Origin: Octopus vulgaris
Taxonomy: Eukaryota
Direction of reading: 5' to 3'
Assembly: GCA_951406725.2 (NCBI GenBank)
Contig: OX597818.1
Location: 133,548,001 to 133,612,000 of the forward strand
Length of the DNA: 64,000 nt
Shown here: positions 52,816-64,000 of the stretch, in pieces
Position numbering within the stretch: the stretch's first letter is position 1
Layout of the letters: each line of letters starts with the position of its first letter
The notes under the pieces: model-generated
The model's input: only the letters and a program-made list of their open reading frames with translations
Told to the model about the DNA's origin: nothing
Database searches by the model: none
Position numbers and translations under genes: made by a program

Positions 52816-53232
52816 TACTCTTTTACTCTTTTACTTGTTTCAGTCATTTGACTGCGGCCATGCTGGAGCACCGCCTTTAATCGAGCAACTCGACCACGGG
52901 ACTTATTCTTTTGAAAGCCCAGTACTTATTCTATCGGTCTCTTTTGCCGAACCGCTAAGTAACGGGGACGTAAACACACCAGCATTGGTTGTCAAGCAAT
53001 GCTTGGTGGACAAACACAGACACACAAACACACACACGCATATATATATATATATATATACATATATACGACGGGCTTCTTTCAGTTTCCGTCTACCAAA
53101 TCCACTCACAAGGCTTTGGTCGGCCCGAGGCTATAGCAGAAGGCACTTGCCCAAGATGCCACGCAGTGGGACTGAACCCGGAACCATGTGGTTGGTAAAC
53201 AAGCTACTTACTACACAGCCACTCCTGCGCCT
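52816..53232 (-). mobile_element. SINE family B
   Basis: Full copy, reverse complement. Confidence 0.85.
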
Positions 53233-54387
53233 ATGTAAAAGAACAAAACACAGAAATCTATCTTCATTAGGTGGCTAATGGGTATCATTGGGATTTCAAT
53301 ACCCAAGGACAAAACTGCTCCCAACCTAAAGCATCAGCAACCTGCAGAAAAGGCTTCTAAGGAATAAAGCAGAAAAGATGGGACTTGAAGTATACAAAAT
53401 TTTATAGATTTATGTCTTTTTGACAAACAGGAAAACCAAGCAAACACTGGATGGATTTTTTTTTTCTTTTTCAAATGAAATGAATTAATAAGGAGCAGTT
53501 GTGCACAAAAACAATGTTAGAAAACAGAATTCACAAAAGTAGTTCTTTGAACGACTGTCCTTGAAAGCAGAGAGGCAGAGATATCAGAAAACAACGTCTT
53601 CTGGAAAACTACCCAATTCAAAAAGGAAATAAATAGAGGAGACTGGAAATTAGAAGTGAAGAAGGAGAATTGTATTCTGGAGTAGGAACAGGATGATGTT
53701 GGAGAATTAAAGAGAGGAAGAGAGAAAGAGTGATGTAAGAGCAAAAAAGGTAGGGAAAGAGAGAAAAGAATGAGAGGAAGAGAGAAAGAGTGATGTAAGA
53801 GCGAAAAAGGTAGGGAAAGAGAGAAAAGAATGAGAGGAAGAAAATGTAAGATGAGAATGTGGTTAGAAAAAACAGAGTAAGGCGATGGAGACAGAAGGAG
53901 AGAAAAAGGAGAGTAAAAGAGATTTCACTGTAAATGATATGAATATGTAATAGTGTTGCACAAATGGTTGTGTGTGTTGGTGATTGTAAATAGAGAGAAA
54001 GAAACAAGCACAAATTATGAAAATGTGTAGAAGAAGGGAAATAACCAGAGAATTCCTTTGATCATTTGTCAGCTTGTGGTCATCACTGCAAGATGCCTTA
54101 GGACAGGTTCTGTTTCAGACACTGCCATCAGCAGCATCCAGAAAGGGCTTCTAGGGAGTAATGCTTATATGTGTGTGTGTGTGTGTTTTGCGATATACTA
54201 TTTTAAATAAGAATTATTTCATGTTCTTTCAGAAGTTTATAAAATTCCTATGACGTCAACAACATGCAATTCCCACTGATAAGAATAAAGTTTCTTAAAC
54301 AGATAGAGAAAATTAAAGAAATGCTTTAGTCCACTGGTAGAATTCTTGTCATGTCTTCAGATGTGAGTTTATGCACTAGGGGCAGAC

Positions 54388-54791
54388 TCTTACTCTTTTA
54401 CTCTTTTACTTGTTTCAGTCATTTGACTGCGGCCATGCTGGAGCACCGCCTTTAATCGAGCAAATCAACCCCGGGACTTATTCTTTGTAAGCCCGGTACT
54501 TATTCTATCGGTCTCTTTTGCCGAACCGTTAAGTGACGGGCACATAAACACACCAGCATTGGTTGTCAAGCAATGCTAGGGGGACAAACACAGACACACA
54601 AACACACACATAAATATATATATACATATATACGACAGGCTTCTTTCAGTTTCCATCTACCAAATCCACTCACAAGGCATTGGTCGGCCCGGGGCTATAG
54701 CAGAAGACACTTGCCCAAGATGCCACGCAGTGGGACTGAACCCGGAACCATGTGGTTGGTTAGCAAGCTACTTACCACACAGCCACTCCTG
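54388..54791 (-). mobile_element. SINE family B
   Basis: Near-full copy, reverse complement. Confidence 0.85.
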
Positions 54792-54957
54792 TGTTGACTT
54801 TTCCTCTCCAAAAGAGGGTTTTTGATACAACGTTTACATTTTATTATTCAAAGCTTTATATGTGCCTGCTTTGAGAAATACTGTTCTCAAAAAGAATTAT
54901 TTCATATTCTTTTAAAAGTTTATAAAATGATGTCAGCAATATACATGCCTTTGTGTT

Positions 54958-54999
<42 letters not shown>

Positions 55000-55807
55000 T
55001 TTTATTGCTTACTTCTTTCAGTCATTGGCCTGTGGCCATGCTGGGACACCACTTTGAGGGGCATGGTCAAAAAAATTGACCATAAGAGTCTTTTTTAGCT
55101 AACAGCTAAGTTATGAAGGTGTAAACAAACCAACAACAGTGAGTGTCAAACATAAAAACATATATACGTATATGTATGCGTGTGTGTGTGCAAACGTGTG
55201 TATATATATATGTGTGTGTATGTATGTGCATGTGTGTGTGTATGTGTGTGTGTATACATACATACATATATGTTCTTGTACATGTAGCCTCGGACATGGA
55301 GGATGTCAAAAAATCACAAGCCTAACAGCAGACATCATACCACCATGGAATCAAAATCTAAATTGACCATACTAGTCCATTTTACCAGTTTCCTGTCATA
55401 CCAATTGGAACATAGGAATAAATTGATAACATTTGGTGTAGAACATTGAAGATTACTTTTATATATATCATTGTTTCAGATTATTAAAGCATGTATGTTA
55501 ACACTAATGCGAGAAGTTAGATTTGAATGTAAACACAGGTCAAAGAGAGGTCAAGTTTTTTATGGCTCATGATGAAAGTTCACATTCATGTGTGTTTTGA
55601 ATTGAGTGAGAAGTTTATTTTTAAGTATTGGCCACTGTAAATAAATAGGACTTGATGCTTATACATGTAACAGACTGATGTTCCATGTGGGAGAACACTG
55701 GCCTTCCTGCTTAGTCAGTAGGGAGGCAGCATTCAAAAGCTACTATTCAAGGAAGGGCATTGTGACCAGCAGTGTATAACAGCATCAGATTGTCTGGGTA
55801 ATTCTCA

Positions 55808-55852
<45 letters not shown>

Positions 55853-55996
55853 CTCTCTCACTCCGACCTGGATTGTTTATTCGTTGGTTACTTACTAATT
55901 GACTGTAACAGATTCCTACCTTCCAGAGTTGAAGTCTGAGAAGTTGTCCATGGGGCTCAGCCCTGTATGGATGCAAAGCCATTCGTCACTCTGAGA

Positions 55997-56420
<424 letters not shown>

Positions 56421-57091
56421 TCAAACAGGCTACATCTTGTTTCTTATACCTATCCTACAATGTCATGCTGAAAGTAAACAATCACATCATCTCCAGTATT
56501 TTCCTAGGAAAACATGTGACTGGATTAGAACTTCGATGCTAAACTGTTGTTACCAACTGCCATGATATTTTACCAAAAGACCTAGAAATTTTGTCATCAA
56601 TCAACCTGTTTGGCTACATAGGCACCAAAAAAATATAAATGATTAGTAGCTTCTATGTTTTGTTTCCAGACAATAGACATGAGATTGAATAAGAACAATG
56701 ATAAACAAGTGAAGAACAAATATGCGTGCAGAGCATGTGTTTATCTGACGAACCAAAAAACAAAAAAACCATCCTAAAATATAGGAATATCTGTTTCAAT
56801 ACAAGATTTCACATCAGGAATATTGCAAAACAAATTCATAAATGTATAGTAAGTATTATATCATAAATACAATACTGGTCTCTGATATAAACACAAGTCA
56901 TATAATATGAGGGGAAGATAAATCTGATTATATTAATTTCACTCTATAAATACCAATGTCCACCACAGGAGAAGTTGTGCTCCAATGTAAAGGAATATAA
57001 CTAAATCAAGAGGGTATTTAAGCTAACTTTATACTAATTCCAACATTTTCCCGCTGTCATATAAATTATATTACAAACGAATTATAATAAA

Positions 57092-57515
57092 TCATCATCA
57101 TCATCATCGTTTAAAGTCCGTTCTCCATGCTAGCATGGGTTGGACGGTTCGACCGGGGATCTGGGAAGCCAGAAGGCTGCACCAGGCTCCGGTCTTATCT
57201 GGCAATGTTTCTACAGCTGGATGCACTTCCTAATGCCAACCACTCTGTGAGTGTAGTGGGTGCTTTTTACGTGCCAGGCGAGGCAGGCATCGGCCACGGT
57301 CGGATTGGTGCATTTTACGTGCCACCGGCACGGAAGCCAATCGAGGCAGCACTGGCTTCGGCCACGATTCGGATGGTGCTTTTTACGTGCCACCGACACG
57401 GCGCTGGCATCGGCCACGATTTGGATAGTGCTTTTTACGTATCTCCAGTCCAGGGGTCCTGGCATCTGCCGGGTGCCAGTCATAGGATTGGTTCAATTTT
57501 GATTCCGATTTCGAT
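57092..57515 (-). mobile_element. RTE-LINE 3' UTR with internal sub-repeats
   Basis: (CAT)n-cgtttaaagtccgttctccatgctagcatgggttggacgg followed by repeated ggtgctttttacgtgcca units. Confidence 0.75.
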
Positions 57516-57762
57516 TTCATAATGGTAATAGTAATAATAAATATGTACACAGAGTGGTTTGCATCAGCTGCAAAGCACAGATATTCACCCTGTCAAAGGA
57601 GAGTACACTACAGAAATATAAAAATATAATTATGAAGTGTATATACTCTTATTAATCTGATAAAATTGCATTTAAATGGTTACCCTGTAACTCACAATTT
57701 CCTCAGCTGATTTAGATCTATCTACCTATCTATCAATGTATACACATACACACACACACAAG

Positions 57763-57793
<31 letters not shown>

Positions 57794-58004
57794 TCCCCAA
57801 AAAACAAAGAAAAAGCACAACAACAACAAAAAAAAACAATGTGAGGATGTGATATTATTAAATTATTAAAACATGCTCAGGGAAGGAAAGAAAGGGTTTT
57901 TACATTTTGAGCAAAGCTCTTCTACTGAAACAAGAGACAGAGGAAAGTCCAAGAGAAAAGGAAGAGGACAAAACCGCCAACACTCAACATGTAGGTATAT
58001 ATTC

Positions 58005-58059
<55 letters not shown>

Positions 58060-58253
58060 TATATATATATATGCATATATATATATATTTGTTTTGCAAG
58101 ACTTTTGATGTAAAATTGTGTGTTGAAACAGATATTGTTGTATTTAGGAATTGTCATTTTGCCAGTTTTGCCAATAAAAACACATGCACTATATATTTGG
58201 TGTTACTTTGCTTTAGCGTTATTTATTTTTTACATTAATCTTAATCTTATTTT

Positions 58254-58298
58254 GGCCAGAGTCCTTTCGTCACACTCCTGTGACCTCATCAGTGGTCC
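58254..58298 (-). ncRNA. Minimal type I hammerhead ribozyme candidate, canonical CUGAUGA core
   Basis: Minus strand GGACCA | CTGATGA | G | GTCAC-AGGAGT-GTGAC | GAAA | GGAC | T C | TGGCC. Confidence 0.65.
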
Positions 58299-58557
58299 TT
58301 TGCTTTCTTATTTGTGTGTCTCTCCTTACAAACGGTCAGCCATTTTGTATTTTGTATTCCTATTGTATGTGTCTTCATTTGCGCATGCATATACCTCTAT
58401 GTGTGTCTATGTTTAGTTAGCGTGTGTATGGGGGGAAGTGCCTGTAATATTTGTATCTCCTGTTTATATCTCCTGTTTGTATCTGATGTTTATATACGTT
58501 CATGTAATTTGTTTTTGTTTTTGTTGATTTTTATTTTGTTCATGTGTTTACACCTAC

Positions 58558-58838
<281 letters not shown>

Positions 58839-58919
58839 ACACACACAAATTTTGTAAAAATATATTAGGAAGTTATATATATATTAGGAAGTTATATATA
58901 TATATTCCTAACGTCAACC

Positions 58920-59073
58920 ACTTCGCGAGTGGAAGGGCATCCAGCCGTAGAAACACTGCCAGATCAGACTGGGCCTGATGCAGCCTTCTGGCTTCACAGA
59001 CCCCAGTTGAACCGTCCAACCCATGCTAGAATGGAAAATGGACGCTAAATGATGATGATGATAATGATGATGA
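58920..59073 (+). mobile_element. RTE-LINE 3' tail fragment
   Basis: gcatccagccgtagaaacactgccag...gatgatgat. Confidence 0.7.
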
Positions 59074-59590
59074 TATATATATATTTTTTATTCTTATTTT
59101 TAATGAAGATATCTTAGAATTTGTCAGATTATGTTGGATCCTAGAGAAAAATAGCCTGAGGACACACTTGTTGGAGTTATGTATTAAGTATAGCCTGGTA
59201 AAACAAACCACCAGGGCAGAAACACATGTAGCATTGATTAATATTGTCTTCTTTCACCACAGACTAATTACAGGTAAGGTATATATATTTTTAAAAATAT
59301 ATTTAAATAATTTATAATTAATTCTAATGCACTTTGTTTTATTGTACATTATAGTAGCCTTTAAAACGCTTATGTTATTAGATTAGTATTTTGGCTATAA
59401 CTTTCTATGTGTACTCCAGAAAATAATGTTGTCTTGAAATTGAAGTTGTGGTCCTATTGGTAAAATCCCAAAATTGTAATGATATTATAATTGATGCTGT
59501 TTGCTTTGCATTAGTAAAGTGTAAAATTGTAAATATCCTGATAACCTGGAATAATTATTATTCCCAAAGTTTTTTTAATATATATATATT

Positions 59591-59672
<82 letters not shown>

Positions 59673-59677
59673 CATAT

Positions 59678-60085
59678 ATCATCATCATCATCATCATCGT
59701 TGTCGTTTAACGTCCGTTTTTCATGCTGGCATAGGTTGGACGGTTTGACTGGGGACTGGTAAACCAGAAGGCTGCACCAGACTCCAATCTTATCTGGCAA
59801 GGTTTCTACAGCTGGATACTCTTCCTAATGCCAACCACTACGTGAGTGTAGCAGGTGTGTTTTAGGTTCTTTTTTTGGATGCTGCTTTTTATGTGCCACT
59901 GGCACAGGAGCCAGTTGGGGTGGACTGAGATCGACCACATTTTAGATGGTGCTTTTTACATGCCACCAGCATCGGGAGCCAGTCAGGTGGCACTGGCTTC
60001 GACACATTCTTGAATGATGTTTATTACATACCACCAGCATGGGTGCCAGTCAGACAACACTGGCATCACCTATACAGCTACAACT
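59678..60085 (-). mobile_element. RTE-LINE 3' UTR with internal sub-repeats
   Basis: Same family as the 47.9-kb and 57.1-kb copies. Confidence 0.75.
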
Positions 60086-60732
60086 ACAATTTCCATTTTG
60101 ATTTCAATCTTGAATTTGATTTTGATGTTGATTTTTGAGTTTTGAAATATGTATGTACGTATGTATGTATGTATGTATGTATGTATGTATGTATGTATGT
60201 ATGTATGTATGTATGTATGTATGTATTTATGTATGTATGTATGTATGTATGTATGTATGAATAAATTTATTTGTTTGGTCATTGACTTCAAGCCTTACAC
60301 TGCAAGCATTCTTTCCTCATCTCAAGACCCTGTTCTTTCCTCTTTCCTCTCCTTTTATTTTCTGTATTTGTCTTCACCCTGATGAGGCTCCATGTATCAG
60401 ATCAGATGTGCAACAAAAGATGACAAATATTACTCCCATAATTGTCTTTGACAGTGCTAACTGACATAGGTAGCAGAAACAGCAGTTAGCAATGTTAAAG
60501 TTTTGTATAAAAAAAATAACTGATGGTAGTCGATTTGTTTGTTGATCAAAATTTTCTCCATTTTCTGCTTAATTTAAATTTGATACCAGATGAACTCTTG
60601 TTTACTTTGTTGCTGCCTGTATCCTATGAGCATAGCATGCTTACATATCCATGTAGTAATTACTATACCGGTAGAAATAACGAATATTCTTATCCTTTAG
60701 ACGATTATTCCAACCACTAACTCTACATACCT

Positions 60733-60781
<49 letters not shown>

Positions 60782-60803
60782 GATAGATATAGATATATAT
60801 ATT

Positions 60804-60836
<33 letters not shown>

Positions 60837-60906
60837 ATGTATTTATGTGTGTGTGTGTGTATGTATTTATATGTGTATGTATGGAGATATATACACCTAT
60901 ATATCT

Positions 60907-60942
<36 letters not shown>

Positions 60943-61397
60943 AATACACTAATATATGTATATATAAAATATATAAACATATACATATGCATGTATCTCC
61001 AGCATCTCCATCAAAATACAGGACCATATACTGCAGTAGCTTGGGTTTCAGGGTCCCACAGGTCTTCATTATCTATCCAAAATCTCTGTCACACACCTAC
61101 ATGGTGCGTATTTAGGTGTCTTCAAAACAAAACTGGATCACCTCCTGTCAAGGGTTCCAAATGAAACCACCTCACAGAAGGAAACACAAAATGAGGGCAG
61201 CAGCATCTAACTCCCTCATTTGCCAAATGACACATACCAGAGGAGTTTCCAAACAATGGTGTAGCAGAGTTAAAGGTGGTGCCCCAGCATGACCACAGCT
61301 TCAAAGCTGCAATAATTTAAACATTAAGGAATTATATACATACATATATATATATATAGATATGTGTGTGTATATATATATATGTTTATATATATAT

Positions 61398-61442
<45 letters not shown>

Positions 61443-61717
61443 GTATCTGTGTGTATGTATATATATTTTCATGTGTATGTATATATTATATATAGAGAAA
61501 CATAGACACACAGACATATAAATATATAAGTGTGTGTGTGTGTGTGCGTGTGTGTGCATGCTTGATGTATGCACATAAATCTGTATATTTACATACACAA
61601 AATTATAAAATATGATCTAAATTTATTTGCATGATATTCTATATATGTTTGATAAGATAATCTTGTCTAGAATCATCAATATTCACATAATGAATATAAC
61701 TAATTCTCCCTTTCTTG

Positions 61718-61791
<74 letters not shown>

Positions 61792-61964
61792 TATATATAA
61801 TATATTTATGTACACATCTATATATATGTATGTGTGTATGTATACATACATATATATATATATATTGCGCATATATATATATATGTATATATATAATACA
61901 TTATATATATTTATGTGAGTATATATATATATATACAAAAATATATATTTTATATATATGTGTA

Positions 61965-62002
<38 letters not shown>

Positions 62003-62015
62003 CATTTATATATAT

Positions 62016-62076
<61 letters not shown>

Positions 62077-62245
62077 TTTGAAATTTACAGAAAAAGAAAA
62101 GACAAAGACAGGTGTAAAATAAACAACCAGCAGGTGTATTAGTTTGATGCTCAGGAAAGGGAGAAAATCTTTTACATTTCGAGTCTATGCTCTTCAACAG
62201 AAAGGAACACAAGGAAATAAACAGAGAATAAAAAAAAACTTGTAG

Positions 62246-62324
<79 letters not shown>

Positions 62325-62632
62325 CATATATGCATACATATATGTACATACTTACATCTATACGTATATATATATATATATATATGCATATGTGGACACA
62401 GGATGTCATGAAATGTGTACAAGAAAAAATACAAAGTACGAGTACATGGAATATGAACTACTTTTTCGAACAACGAAAGACACAAATAGAAAACAAGACA
62501 AACAACATAAAGAATACAAGAGTAGAAAAACAGCCAACAACTGATGAAGGGTTGATCTTTATATTGTTTGTCTTGTTTTCCATTTGTGTCTTTTGTTGTT
62601 CAAAAAATAGTTTGTATTCCATCAGTTGTCAG

Positions 62633-62676
<44 letters not shown>

Positions 62677-62679
62677 CTC

Positions 62680-63061
62680 TCTCTATATAAACGGCAGTTT
62701 GTCTGTGCGTGTTTCTGTGTGTCTGTTTTCTCGTACCCTCACTCTGACCACGGCTTTCAACCGATTCTCATGAAACTTGACACACACATAGCCCAATGTC
62801 ATAATTCAAAACTAACGCAGCGAAAATTTTGAAAAGTTCCCCCAGTTCTGAAAAAAATCGATAAATTCGACATGGGGTCGAGAATCAGAAACACAAACCA
62901 TAAACTGTCTAGGGGACGCAACTCCACCTTTTTTAAAAATCAAAAAAAAAAATTTACCATCATTTTTTTCCATTTTTTTGCTATTTTTTGGCTATAACTC
63001 TCTAAAAATGCTTTATAGTTATTTCCCTTAGAAACCTGAGCAACGCCGGGCGATACTGCTA

Positions 63062-63062
<1 letters not shown>
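62680..63062 (+). mobile_element. Non-autonomous Helitron
   Basis: TC-tctatataaacgg 5' end; hairpin cctgagcaacgccggg; CTAG|T 3' end. The 3' part is shared with the 49.3-kb element. Confidence 0.7.
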
Positions 63063-63103
<41 letters not shown>

Positions 63104-63285
63104 ATGATGGGCTTCTTTCAGTTTCCATCTACCAAATCCACTCAAAAAGCTTTGGGAAGCAAGCCTCTTACCACACAGCTATGCCTGTGCCTATACATAT
63201 ATATATATAATATATATATATATATTAGCTCTTATATATATATATATGTACGATCTAATATATATTACTCTTTTTTTTTTTTTTT

Positions 63286-63477
63286 TTTTACTTGTTTCAG
63301 TCATTTGACTGCAGCCATGCTGGAGCACCGCCTTTAATCGAGCAACTCGACCCCGGGACTTATTCTTTTGTAAGCCCAGTACTTATTCTATCGGTCTCTT
63401 TTGCCGAACCGCAAGTAACGGGGACATAAACACACCAGCATCGGTTGTCAAGCAATGCTAGGGGGACAGACACACAA

Positions 63478-63508
<31 letters not shown>

Positions 63509-63678
63509 CATATATACGACAGGCTTCTTTCAGTTTCCGTCTACCAAATCCACTCACAAGGCATTGGTCGGCCCGGGGCTATAGAAGAAGACAGTTGCCC
63601 AAGATGCCACGCAGTGGAACTGAACCCGGAACCATGTGGTTGGTTAGCAAGCTACTTACCACACAGCCACTCCTGCGC

Positions 63679-63680
<2 letters not shown>
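63286..63680 (-). mobile_element. SINE family B
   Basis: Full copy, reverse complement. Confidence 0.85.
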
Positions 63681-63739
<59 letters not shown>

Positions 63740-64000
63740 AAAACTTAGATAATACTTAGATATGTTTCAACCAAAGATTGGCCCAGGCTATGTTTAACTT
63801 AATAGCCCCACCTGACAAATGCTTTTTAAGTCAAGTTTTCTTTATGGTCCAGAGTAAGTAGAGCAAGATCACACAGGAAAAGGAAATGTGTCACTGAAGA
63901 GGGGTCACAGAACAGTGACAAAAAATTTCTGGACAATACACATGAGTTAAAATAACAAAATAAGAACAGTAATAAATGAGTGAAGACAAAATAAATATAG

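Noticed and set aside
53711-53840. 60-bp purine-rich tandem duplication
   Set aside because: Simple local duplication in low-complexity sequence with no further signal.

Overview
AT-rich, microsatellite-dense eukaryotic DNA. The SINE families look like those of Octopus (coleoid cephalopod); this taxon call is an inference from repeat recognition. The only host gene I can support is a minus-strand kinesin-2 of the KIF17/OSM-3 type, seen as two motor-domain exons (21511-21278 and 8602-8237) joined by a 12.7-kb GC-AG intron. No other exons were recognised, so most of the window is probably intronic. The rest is a transposon graveyard: two tRNA-derived SINE families (about 20 copies), RTE, L1/Tx1, Dong/R4 and Penelope-like remnants, mariner/Tc1 remnants, Helitrons, palindromic MITEs, a 9-copy 188-bp tandem array and many microsatellites, which explain nearly all ORFs in the track. 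The most notable signal is a set of hammerhead-ribozyme-shaped motifs, several at the centre of long inverted repeats. They include compensatory core variants (G3-C8 at 28.56 kb, U3-A8 at 38.0 kb) and a 341-bp highly structured element with a hammerhead and a 13-bp target-site duplication (39732-40072) that resembles a retrozyme. The kinesin also encodes Arg at the conserved YRDSK lysine, apparently the position that is recoded K-to-R by RNA editing in octopus kinesin-1. All folds and alignments were done by eye; ribozyme activity is untested.
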